A stretch of 64,000 bases of DNA from Squalus acanthias (taxonomy: Eukaryota), in assembly GCA_030390025.1 (NCBI GenBank), contig CM059432.1, forward strand, positions 34,102,001-34,166,000, in the 5' to 3' direction. Made by a program: the position numbers and the translations under genes. Below are positions 49,152 through 61,413 of the stretch, one piece after another (positions within the stretch are counted from its first letter, which is position 1; every line of letters starts with the position of its first letter). A model generated the notes under the pieces. That model had not been told where the DNA came from, ran no database searches, and saw only the letters and a program-made list of their open reading frames with translations.

Positions 49152-52099
49152 AGTATGTCTGCAGACTGAGGAAGGTGAGGAGTGCCACTGCTTCAAAGTC
49201 CAGGGATTCTATATTTATCGAGGAGTTTCTGCATATGAATCCACAATGCAGTTCCACTTAATGTTAAAGGGCAGCTTCACACAAAGCCCTAAAGAATATG
49301 TAACAGTTTGGGGTAGACTTACCCTGGCCTCCAACACTGGAAACCTCCCGGTTTCTCCCGATCAGTCACTGCAGCTTCCGCAGAAGATCGGCGAAACACC
49401 CCAGGTACAGGCAGAAACCAGATTTCCACCCTCTTAAAGTGTTATTCGCGTCATGAGCAAATCGGGAAGACTCCTCCATGTTCAGTATTTGTAGTGAAAC
49501 GGTAACAGTCCCTCTGGAAGGTTTCACTAACAGGAAAATTTCCTGCCGCGTTTACGTCGTCACCATCCCATAGCAACCAGAGTAAATCTCCGTCCTTGAA
49601 ATAATAATGGGGGGGGGGGGGGAAGAAAGAAAGAAAAGAATCATCATAGAATGATCACAGCACAGAAGGAGGCCATTCGGCCCATCGAGCCCGTGCCGGC
49701 TCTGTGCAAGAGCACTTCAGCTAGTCCCACTGCCCCGCCCTTTCCCCGTAGCCCTGCAAATTTTTTCCTTCAGGTACTTCTCCAACTCACTTTTGAAAGC
49801 CGTGATTGAATCTGCCCCCACCACCCTTTCAGGCAGTGCATTCCAGGTCTTAACCACTTGCTGCGTAAAAAAGTTTTTTCTTACATCGCCTTTGGTTCTT
49901 TTGCCAGTCATCTTAAATCTGTGTCCTCTGGTTCTTCCAATAGGAACAGTTTCTCTATCTACTCTGTCCAAACCCTTCATGATTTTGAACACCTCTATCA
50001 AATCTCCTCTCAACCTTCTCTGCTCCAAGGAGAACAACCCCAGCTTCTCCAGTCTATCAACGTAATTGAAGTCCCTCATCCCTGGAATCATTCTCGTAAA
50101 GAAGAAAAACTTGTGTTTATATTGCACGACCACTGGATGTCCCAAAGCACTTTACAGCCAATTGTTTTGAAGTGTAGTCACTGTTGTAATGTAATGGGGG
50201 GAGGAACGGCGTTGTCCTACTGGATAACCCTCCAGTTACCTAGCAACACCCTCCACATTGTCCTCCCATTGTCTCTTAAATGAGAGGTTAAAACATATCC
50301 CAAATGTTAGCTGTCAGTCTGCTGTGTGTTTTGATGGAGATGGAACTAGAGCAGCAGCTCATTCGGAAGATGCTGGCATGTTACATAGACTTACATAGAA
50401 TTGGCAGCACAGAAACAGGCCATCGGCCCAACAAGTCTACGCTGGTGTTTATGCTCCACATGAGCCTCCTCCCAACCTACTTCATCTAACCCTATTAGCA
50501 TATCCTTCTACTCCTGTCTCCCTCATGTACTTATTTAGCTACCCCTTAAATGCATCTATGCTGTTCGCCTCGGCTATTCCATTGTAGTATTGTAATCCCA
50601 TCTCATGGTGCGATGCGATTACTCATCTCTCCGCCCACTGCTGAATATTTGATGTGTTCTGGAGAGAAGTAAGAATGGGAAGTATTAGAACTCCCTGGGT
50701 CCTAGAAAGCCTCAAACAAATCAAACATAGTTCGTACGGAGTGCTGAGATGGATCTTAGGGAAGGAGAAAAGTTTGGCAGTCAGCCCAATGCTGCTACTA
50801 TGCACCTCTGCAAAAGGCTTGCTGCCTGTCTTGTAGACTGAGGATGGTGCACAGCACACAGTAACTTTTTAAATTAATTTTTGGGATGTGGGCATCGCTG
50901 GCAAGGTCGGCATTTATTGCCCATCCCTAGTTGCCCTGAGAAGGTGGTGGTGGGCCTTTTTCTTGAACGAGAGGGCAGTTAAGAGTCAACGGCCGCGATT
51001 TTCCGCGTGGAGGCATGTTGGAGGCGGCTTTGATGTTCGGCGGGTTCCAGTCCCGCTGCCGGTTTTAGCCGCCCTGGAATTAAGATTTTTGCTTAAGTGG
51101 GCTGATTAAGCCCGTCGTGCGCGCTACCCGGCCCAATCAGTAGGTTCGGGTCTGCTGCTCGCCTCTGCTGACATCTTTCAGCCAGCTGAATTTAAGGGGC
51201 CCATGCAGCCTTGTTTTTGATCCATCCTATTCTGCTGCTTCTCGGTGTGGCACTTCTGAAAATGACTGCTGCAAGAGCCAAGGCATCTCCCAGATTTGAT
51301 GATGACTCCCTCCATGGTCTTGTGGAGGGAGTGAGAGGGCGCCAAGAGGTACTGTTCCCCTCAAACGGACGGAGGAAGCCTCTTCAGCAAACCAAGGCAG
51401 CCTGGCTGCAAATTGCTGAGGAGGTGAGCGCCAGGTCTTTGTGTGGTCGCACCTGGGTTCAGTGCAGGAAAAGGTTCAATGACCTGCTACGCACAGCAAA
51501 AGTGAGTATAACATCACACTTACCTTCAATCTGCTCCCCATCTCCTCTCATCACCAGCACTCTGCATTGTCAACCTATTCCTGCACATCCCACTTTTCCC
51601 TTACATCCCTTGCACCCTTAACCATCCCTCTCTGTGTACAGAATCACTTCACTATTCTACTATGCACCCCTCACACTCGCTATCACTGTTATGCAATGAC
51701 AACAACTAACAACGCACAGGGAGGGCCCTTGGTATTAGCACCTCACTCCATCTTTGTCTCCTCTAAGCATCTATGCTATGGATTCTCTACACTCACTCCA
51801 ACATTCTCACTCAAACTCCACTTGTGTCCCTCATTGCAGGAAAAGAGAGCCCACAATAAGAGGGAGAGGGGCAAGACAGGAGGAGGGCCACCTTCGATTG
51901 CCCACTTGGCCACCACTGAGGAGGCTGCTCTCAACATCGTCGGAGGTGCTGAGGATCTGGAAGTGGGGGATGGTCAGACGGACGCAGTAGAGCAAGCTGG
52001 TGACAGAATAGATTTGCAGCCCTCTCATTTAGATTGCATGAGTGACTGATATGGCATCTGATGCTCATACAGATTGAGTTCTGATCATCTGCACAATTC

Positions 52100-54080
52100 G
52101 ATGTGTTTGACAAATTTGCTAGAGTTCTTTGAGGATGTAACAAACAGGGTGGATAAAGGGGAACCAGTAGATGTAGTGTATTTGGATTTCCAGAAGGCAT
52201 TCGATAAGCTGCCACATAAAAGGTTACTGCACAAGATAAGAGCGCAAGGGGTTGGGGGTAATATTTTGGCATGGATAGGGGATTGGCTAACTAACAGAAA
52301 ACAGAGAGTCGGGATAAATAGGTCATTTTCCGGTTGGCAATCAGTAACTAGTGGTGTGCCACAGGGATCAGTGCTGGGGCCTCAACTATTTATAATCTAT
52401 ATTAATGACTTGGATGAAGGGACCAAGTGTACTGTAGCCAAATTTGTTGATAATACAAAGATAGGTGGGTTAGCAAGTTGTGAGGAGGACACAAAGGGCT
52501 GGATTTTGTCTTGGGATCGGGTTGGGGTCGTGTAATCCGCATTTTGTGTTTCCCCCCCGACTCCAGATTAATGTGGATGCCTGATGCAATTTTCACTTAA
52601 TTGGGCAATTGAGTTCCAGCATGCGGGAACCCATGAACCAATTAGTGGTTTCAGTCTGAAAGTCACCTCTGATGATGTCATCATTGCTGACTGCCTAGTC
52701 TCAGAGACTGTTGGTGAGAGAGGACCTGCCTGGCTTGCTTTTGATGTGAGTGGACCTGGATGCAAAATATGAGACAGAGAGAGAGAGAGAGATCCAAGTC
52801 CTCTCACAGCAAAGGCCAGGCAGTCTCTGAACACATTCAATGCAGCAGCTGCGACTTTCAGACCTAATACTACTACTACCTTCATCACATCTCCGTTGTA
52901 ATAGTGGACCTGCAGCTGATAGTCAGCTATCCACTTGTGCTCCCGCCAGGTTTCACTGGAGTGTTTCACACCAGGCGTACTTCACGTCAGAAAAGGGTTA
53001 AACTAGCTAAAACGTTTCAAAATGGCATTACAGAGCCAATTTAGAGCTTGTTAAGGGCTTTAATGGCCTCTCCCGCCTTTTGGAGGCGGGACGGAGTCGG
53101 GAACCCTGCGACTGATTTTGTCAAAATTACGTGGAGGCGGGATGGAGTCGGGATGGGGTCGGAAACCCCGACCCCGCAAATTTAACCCCCCACACGCCTC
53201 CAAACCCGACTCCATGGGTCATTCAAAATCCAGCCCAAAGAGTCTGCAAAGGGATATAGATAGGTTAAGTGAGTGGGCAAAAATTTGGCAGATGGAGTAT
53301 AATGTGGAAAAATGTGAGGTTATCCACTTTGGAGGGAAGAATGAAAAAGCAAATTATTATTTAAATGGAGTGAGACTACAAAATGTTGCGGTACAAAGGG
53401 ATCCTAGTACATGAAACACAAAAAGTTAGCATGCAGGTACAGCAAGTAATTAGGAAGGCTAATGGAATGTTGGCCTTTATTGGAGTATAAAAGCAGGGAA
53501 GTTTTGATGCAACTTTACAGGGCACTGGTGAGACCACACCTGGAGTACTGCGTACAGTTTTGGTCTCCATATTTAAGGAAGGATATATTTGCATTGGAGG
53601 CAGTGCAGAGAAGGTTCACTAGGTTGATTCCTGGGATGAAGGGGTTGACGTATGACGAAAGGTTGAGCAGGTTGGGCCTATACTCATTGGAATGAGAATT
53701 AGAAGAATGAGAGGTGATCTTATTGAAACATATAAGATTCTGAGGGGGATTGACAGGGTGGATGTTGAGAGGATGTTTCCCCTAATGGGGGTATCTAGAA
53801 CTAGGGGGCATAGATTCAGAATAAGGGGTCGCCCATTTAAGATGGAGATGAGGAGGAATTTCTTTTCTCAGATGGTCGTGAATCTTTGGAATTCTCAACC
53901 CCAGAGAGCTGTGGAGGCGGAGTCATTGAATATATTCAAGGCGGAGATTGAGTGGTATGGGGAGAGAGCGGCAAAGTCGTGTTCAGTCCAAGATTGGATC
54001 AGCCTGATCTTATTGAAAGGCAGAGCAGGCTCAAGGGGCCGATTGGCCTACTCCTGCTCCTGTTTCTTATGTTCTTATGT
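52100..54080 (+). mobile_element. CR1 LINE fragment in intron 2 of the Harbinger Myb gene
   Basis: RT motifs DFQKAFDKLPH and [11 protein letters not shown], then LVRPHLEYC; tail ttcttatgttcttatg. Confidence 0.95.
52496..53236. mobile_element. Harbinger-like MITE nested in the CR1
   Basis: TIRs gggctggatttt / aaaatccagccc with TSD AAA. Removing it restores CR1 EDTK|SLQRD. Subterminal sequence resembles the right end of the host Harbinger. Confidence 0.9.
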
Positions 54081-55340
54081 GCCTGCTACGTTAATATCAC
54101 ATGTCTAACTCATGCCTTTACTCCCCCCACAGGACCATCAAGAGCCCCCCTCCCCACTGTCCAGGAGGAAGAGCCGGAAGACTCCTCAGAGGAAGCTGCA
54201 ACCTCTGAGGGCGCAGTGTCAGCAGAATTGAGCGCACCCAGCACCAGCGCAGAGACACACACCTCGGTGGGTCATTCGCGAGATAGAGTAGTATTGTCAC
54301 CTGCTGTATCACAGCTCACAAGTGAGCATCAGCAGATGGTGCTCAGCTGCATGTGGACCCTGTGCCTCTGGGGCCATCCTGAAAGAGAGCGGTGCTGGAA
54401 CTTCAGCAACAAGTGCAAGAGTCTCTGACAGGTTTTGCATCCACGGTAACTGCGAGTGTGCAGAGAATGGAGGAGTCCATCTCAACCTTAAGCAATGCCA
54501 AGGTGGAGGCAATGGCGCATGAACGTGCCACCATGAAGAGAGTGGCAACCTCCTTGGAGGACATAACTCGCCAGACTCAACAGAGCATGGTGACTCTTCT
54601 AAATAGATGGTCTGCTATGGAGGATAGATGGGCAGCTATTGAGGAGAGACACCAGAGGTACATGGACGTCCCCGTTATGAGGACTGTCAGTACAGAGACG
54701 GGTCCTCATGGCCCCACTGATGTGTAGCAAGGTGCTCTCCAGCTACTTGTTAGCAGTGAAGTGCGGGCGACCCATGAGAGGAATGTTGGTGGTCGACAAC
54801 AAGGAAGTGTGGACTCCTCTCCAAGCGCTCACACTCCCATGCCACTGCGGAGCCCTCAGTCAGAGCCCCAGATTCCTCACCCAACTGAGATGGTCATCTC
54901 AGCCCCTGCACAGCCGCAGGAGGAGCAGACTGTTGCCGAGCCCTCCCAGGCTCCCAAACCCAGAGGACACCCGCCAAAAGTGTTGAAGCAGGAGCAGCAT
55001 GAAAGTGAGCAAGGTGCCTCCACATCTGCTGAAACCACAGGGGAAGCACCACGTAGAAGCACGTGTAAGAGAAAGTTAACACACAAATAGTCACTTGGGT
55101 GTTTTGATGCAATACATATTTAAGATTATGATCGGCATTTCAATTGTAATAAAGAAATGCGATGGCAAACATTCAAAGAGTTGGCTTATTTGTGCCCAGA
55201 AATGGAAGTGTCACAGTTAGGTGTCAGGGCGCCTTTCATCTGTAATGATGGTGGTGAGAGTGATAGGAACCCAAATTTATTGTACAGATTGTGTATGGTG
55301 TGTTAAGAAGGTGGCAGCCACATGTGTTTGCTTCATAAAC

Positions 55341-56345
55341 TTAAGCGAATCTGGCATGGATTAGTGCATCCCTTGCATCACAGCCAGCAATGTGCTCACA
55401 TGCTGGTGAAACTGGCACATCCGCCTCCGCAAGGTCTTCCTACTCCTCCTCTTCCTCCTCCTCCTCCTCCTCCTCCTCCTCTGAGGAGGCTGTGCTCAGG
55501 CAACAGTAAGCCACGCTGCTGTGCGATGTTGTGCAGTGCACAACAGACCACAATGATTCTGGAGACCCTGGCTGGTGCATACTGTAGGGCTCCACCAGAT
55601 CTGTCCAGGCATCTGAATCGCATTGTGAGCAAGCCGATGGTTTGCTCGATGATGGCTCTGGTGGAAATGTGGCTCGCATTGTAGTGCTCCTCATTTTCGT
55701 TTGATGGCCTCCTCAATGGCGTCATTAGCCATGTCTTATGGGGATAGTCCTTGTCTCCAAGTAGCCATCCAGAAAGTTGGGTTGGTGGATTGAAGAGCTG
55801 AGGCACAGTAGACTGCCGCAGGATGAACGAGTCATGGCAACTGCCAGGGAACTTGACGCAAACATGCAAAATGTCCTTCTTGTGGTTACACACCAGCTGG
55901 ATGTTAAGGGAGTGGAAGCACTTACGGTTGACAAATACAGCCGGGTTGTGATGGGGTGCCCTAATGGCCACATGTGTGCAGACTACGACACCCTGCACTT
56001 GGCAAGCCTGCCATATTTACAAAGCCAACCGCACGCGCGGTTACACTTGCTTCATCCGTGGAGAAGTGGATGTAATTGTGCGCCTTTGCAAAGAGGGCAT
56101 CGGTAACCTGCATGATGCAAGCGTGTGCGGCCGACTGGGAGATGCCGCTGATGTCTGCTGATGATACCTGGAAGGACCCTGAAGCAAAAAAGTTGAGTGC
56201 GGTGGTGACTTTGACAGCCACTGGTAAGGAGTGTCCACCCGTTTCTCTGGGCTGCAGGTGTTGGTGCAGCATTGCGCAGATGTCAGCGACTACCTCTTGC
56301 AAAAGTCTCAGCCTCCTTTGGCACTGCTGCTCAGTCATGTTGAGG
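55341..56345 (-). pseudogene. Harbinger DDE transposase (HARBI1-like), frameshifted
   Basis: [18 protein letters not shown] (first catalytic Asp of G.IDCTH replaced), [31 protein letters not shown] and CCALHN motifs. Frameshift near 55998. Confidence 0.92.
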
Positions 56346-59300
56346 AATAGATGTTATAAGCGCTCAGTCAATGTGGGGAGAGGTTTTTCCAAGGAGGTCA
56401 CACTGCATATGGATCTCAGCTTAACCACTTACAAGCTCAGTAGACCTGCAAAAAGTGTTCCAACACCTCAAAAAACAAAGTTCTGTCATCTGAAACTCAG
56501 CCATGTTACAGGTCTGCTTTTATGCTGCAGGTGCAGCTGTCAAGAATTCGCGTAGTTCCTGAACCCGCCACAATCAGCTGGCGTGTTTTGCGAACGGCGT
56601 GGAACACGTTGAAAATGTCTTAAAATGGGAAGAGCCTGCTAAAATCGGATTATGTAGGCAGTTAACAAGCTGTTAGCTGCCTTAAGTGCCTCTCCCGCCG
56701 CTTGGTGTCGGGTCTGAGAGGGACTCCCAGACCCGACACTTGGCAAAGTTGCGTGGAGGCGGGTTGACGGCGGGTTCCGAACCCGCCATCAATCAAAACG
56801 AATTTAACCTCTGACCCACCTCCAAACCCGCCCTCTGAGCGCCGGCAAAATCGCGGCCAACGACTTTGGTGTGGGCCTGGAGTCACATATTGGTCAGACC
56901 CGGTAAGGACGGCAGGTTTTCTTCCCTAAAGTGAACAAGCTGTGCGTTTACGCCAGTCCGACAGCTACATGGTCACTTTTACTGCTACCAGCTTTTTATT
57001 TACAGATTTTTTAATTCAAATTCTTAAACTACGATGGCGTGATTTAAATTTGCATTTTCCTGGATTATTAGTCCAGTAACATAACCACTACACTACCGAA
57101 CCCTTCAGCCTTCAGATGTAAAATGGCCAATTCATTGTATGTGAACCAGTTTGAGATGTTTTTGAGAGATGGGATTAAGCAATACGTAAATGCAAAAACT
57201 TTGGTTTCTCTTTCAGTGTTGAAGGGCTTGCACTCTGCAGTCCCCTTCTTTCTGAGCCCTCCCCACCCCTGGTTTTATCCAGAACTTTGCCTGGTTTGCC
57301 AGTGTTTTAAATAAAGTTGTGTAAGATTTTTCTTTTACAAAGTATTTAACCAGGTAAGAGGGGTTAATTGTCTGAAGCTTAGTTTGTGACTTCTATGCCA
57401 AGTTCTCCCAGACTCCTAGCCAAAAGCAATAGGATCAAGCGTATCAAATCACTCGTTCTGTTTGACAGCACACTTTTGAAGTCTCAAAAAATGCACTTCC
57501 TTTGTTCAGATCTCACCGGAGGCCACCTTACAACCCAATGGTAAGAAGTTCTGCCAAGACCCCAGCTACACGTGGTGCTTCCACATAACACTTGAGCCAC
57601 CCCTGGGAGTTTGGTCGCCCTTCCTCGGGGCCATGGTGATGGGGCTGGTTCTTGGAAGGACAGTGTGCAGTGCGAGGAACAATAGTCAGCCTTCTGGCAA
57701 TGCGTGTAGGATTATTGTACTGACCTCGTTTGAGTTGCTTCACTTCAACGGGACACATTGTCATGAGCACGCTGTGGAAACCCAAGGAGTGGAGGATGAG
57801 GTTGGTGCAGTCGCAGTGCAGGTGGCTGGATTCCTTCCTCCCAGATTGTTTTTCCGTTTCACAGTTTGCCTTTGCTCCAGTTTTGAAGCTGATTCTATTT
57901 CTTTGTTTCTTGCTGCTGCCCTCTCTCGTTCATTCAAAGATTCCTGAACTGAGGAACATTAGGCTATTCAGCCCCTCGGGCCTGCTCTGCCATTCTATTA
58001 GATCATGGCTGATCTGCACCTCAACTTCATTTGCGCGCCTTTGCTCCATATCCCTGGATATCTTTAACCAAAAAAAATCTGTCGATCTTGAAAATTTCAA
58101 TTGTCCCAGCATTCACAGCCTATTGGTGGAGAAAGTTCCAGGTTTCCAAAGAAAGACTTAGGAAAGTGAATGTTCCTCAATCACCAGCACAATATAATCA
58201 GGTTAACTGGATATTCCAAGGGATTGTGCTGTGTATAAAATAGGTGTCATGTTTTGCCTATGTACCAACAACCTCTGCACTTAGAATCATAGGGGGAATA
58301 ATTCAGTTGGTTAGCGCCTCCCGTTAGCGCCAGCAGCTGGCACTAACGGGGCACTGATGAAGTAGCGCTGGTGCAAGGTGAATCCAGCGATGCACAGCAA
58401 ATCCGGACACCCCATTGTGCCGCCGGTACGAGTTACCGGCGAGGACTTCAACGTCAGGCAGATCGTGATGTCAGTGAGCGTGCAACGCTCACTGGGCAGC
58501 CGAACTTCAAAATTCATTTTCGCCACCTACCTTAGTGCCTCAACCAGACAGCGACAGAGAGAGCTGGCATGAAGCAGGCGGAAGCCGGCTTCAGGGACGT
58601 CGTTTAAAGGGATCATGAGTAATGAGTTGCAGCTGTCAGGTTAGTGGAGTTTCAGTGCTTTCTTGTCAGTTTGACATTGTGCAACAGTTTAATTCAGGAA
58701 TTTAAAGGTTCTTTTGTATCAGGAGTGTTGTGGTAACTAAAAAGTAGTAACATTTATTCTTAAAAAAATATCAAAGTGCTACACTTGGCTTACATTAATG
58801 GGGGCTGTACCGGCAGTTGACCTCGCCCTCCAGGATCTACGGTGGAGGGAGCGGAGGCAGACTGGAACTGGAACATGTGCCCAGAAGGAGGAGGAGGGCC
58901 ATCAGGGCTCTCAACAGGAGGCCTTACCCTCCAAGGGTATTCCAAGAGCACTTCTCCTACCTCCAATTAAGCAAGGAGCAGTGTATTAGGAGGCTCCGCT
59001 TCACCAAGGAGGTGGTCACAAAACTCTGCCACTTCCTGTGAACAGACCTCCAGCCTCAGATCAGGGTGACCACGGCTCTCTCAGTGGCAGTCAAGGTCAT
59101 CGTCGCCCTCAAATTCTTCGCCAACGGATCCTTCGAATCTGCAACAGGAGACATAGCTAACATCTCGCAGTTCGCCATCCATTGCTGCATCCGGGAGGTC
59201 ACTGAGGCTCTCTACAGTAGAAGGGATTACATTTCCTTCCCCATCACCAGAGAGAAGAAGGACGAGCGTGCATGTGGCTTTGCCAGGATAGCGGGATTCC

Positions 59301-59426
59301 CCATAATGCAGGGCACCATTGACTGCACCCACATGGCTTTGCGGCCACCGCATAACAATCCTGACATCTTCCGTAACCGCAAAGGCTACGACTCACTTAA
59401 TGTGCTGTTGGTGTGCGACCACAGAC

Positions 59427-61336
59427 TGAAGGGATTTTTTACTAGTCCTAGCCCCTTTAGGGCTACCCCGGATCAGGCGTATTTCTCAGACGTTCACTTT
59501 CAACTAAAGTTTGAGGTAGCCGAATCCTAAAGACGCTTAATTGGGTCTAAAGGTCCAGGCTATCTCTCCCTAAAGGAAAGGAACAACCCAAGAATGTTAC
59601 CATCCTCCAGATAGCGCTTTTAATAAGTTTAGTTAAATTGTGACGTCCCGGATATTATGAGGGTCTGGAAAACTCCCCCAGAAATGTAACTCTTCACCAA
59701 AGAGTGTACAGAGATTGAGTTTGCGAGTTTTTGATACAGAAGACTTATGTGAGACAATTCTAAAAATATATAGAGATTTATTAAAAGAACCGAAATGCAA
59801 TTTACAGTTGGTGAATCAGTCAATCGCAACATTAACAGTTCTAAAAAGAGAGAAAATACTATCTTTTTAACAGAGAATCTTACTTTTAAATCTTAACTTC
59901 GCCACAGCATTACAGTTCTTAAAGTTCTCTTTACAGGATATCCATCAATATCAAATACCTTTGACCCCTGAGGTACAAAGAGTTGGAGACTACAGAGCCG
60001 CCTCTGAAGCCGAGAATCGCTTTGCCCGATTAAAGCGAGTCTGATATCCCATTTGAGAGTTCAATATTTATACCCTTTTCCAGTGGTATTTCCTTTAAGG
60101 TTTTCTGCTGATGCAAGTTAATTATCATTATTCATCTTTCTGCCGACCTCTGCAATTCTTACTGCTAAATCAGCCAGAATCTTGTCTCATCTCCAGGTGT
60201 TCTAGGTTGACCATATAAAAACGGTGTGAATGGCAGGTTTACCTTATTTTATGTTATCTTTATGAGGGCAGATGTTCCTTATCTTAAGTGCCATCTTTAC
60301 GAAGTTTAAATTAGAACACCTTATCCAGGGTGAACCATTGTTTTTGTTCCCAAAGGTCAGCCTGTCGGAGCCATGCACCTTCTGTTTCAATAAGGTTATT
60401 TATTCAGCATCAACAACTGTCTTATCTCAATAGCCAGAATTCTTTCATAGCTATTTCATAGTTAGGTTTCTAAATTTCCAAACCCAGTTTGTCATGTTTT
60501 AATAAGGCCAGAATTCTTCCATAAGATAATGGCCCAGAAATTGGAGTTCGATGGTTGCCGCGGGGGTAAGGATCCCCCGCGATATCGCACTCCGCGCCTA
60601 CCTTTATGGTTTTGGCCCACACGAACTTCAGTTCCTGGGCCTCTCCCTGGTGCCGGCGCGCAGTGTGTGCGTGTCCCAGAGGTGCAGTTAGTGCGATGCG
60701 ACCTCTAGGATCACGTGGGCCAGTTAGAGCCAATGGCAGCACACCATCTTTCATTCATAGTTTTGACAGCAAGAGCTGTCAAAGCTATGAATACAACAAG
60801 CCCCCAAAAGAACAGCTAAACCTCAATTAAATTTTTTAAAAAGCCATCACATTAATAAAATAACTATAGTTAAATAAATTAACCACTTTAAACAAAAATT
60901 TAAATTTTTGAAATTTTTTAATTCTTTTTAAAAGTTATAAAAATAAACTTACCTTTCTTTAAAGTCTCTAAAAAAGATAAACCTGTTGAAAAAAATTTAA
61001 AATAATACTTAATTAACTACTTACCTTGTTAAAAGGGGGTCTTACGCCTGCTTTCTTTATGTGTAAAATCTTCAACACTTACCTGCGCGTTCAAACCTGA
61101 AAAAAAAACTAAGTGTGCTGCGTGCGCGCAACCTGTAGCGCGCACGCGGTTCACTTAGGAACCGCCCCCTTTGCCATACATGAAGTGCCGGTTTCCCACG
61201 CATGCGCAGTGCATGCAGGAAACCGGCACTTCGGGACCTAATACGCGAGAGTACACAGTGCGTACTCTCCCGCATTAGGTCTAATTTTCGGGCCAGTGTA
61301 TTTTTCTGAATAGGTTATATGGCCTATTCCTTCACA
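59427..61336 (-). mobile_element. Solo LTR (about 1.14 kb excluding the nested MITE 60531-61294)
   Basis: TG...CA termini with short inverted ends and 4-bp TSD AGAC (59423-59426 / 61337-61340). Minus-strand TATAAA at 60072-60067 and AATAAA at 59782-59777. Removal restores transposase CDHR|QLIL. Confidence 0.8.
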
Positions 61337-61413
61337 AGACAGCTAATCCTCAATGTCAATGCCCGTTATCCTGGCAGCAGCCACGATGCCTGCATCCTGT
61401 GCCAGACCGGTGT

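Larger units (their letters stand above)
51262..55090 (+). pseudogene. Harbinger Myb/SANT-like gene, exons 51262-51501, 51840-51999, 54133-55090
   Basis: PRFDDDSL..W.QIAEEV..RTWVQCRKRFNDL motif and GT-AG introns in phases 0 and 1. Exon 3 has a frameshift (about 54350-54390) and a stop (54725). Confidence 0.85.
50991..56858. mobile_element. Full-length PIF/Harbinger transposon (both genes disrupted)
   Basis: Perfect 12-bp TIRs GGCCGCGATTTT / AAAATCGCGGCC and TSD AAC. Splits a SINE (gagtcaac|gactttgg). Carries convergent Myb and transposase genes. Confidence 0.95.

Noticed and set aside
50654..50836. ORF with SLKQ..SY..W..SLAVSP reminiscent of the Wnt3a N-terminus
   Set aside because: Spacing is wrong, there is no signal peptide or YPIWW, and no splice donor at the expected site; judged coincidental.
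55341..56345. Domesticated HARBI1 host gene
   Set aside because: Frameshifted, first catalytic Asp lost, and enclosed by TIRs and a TSD with a Myb partner, so it is a transposon copy.
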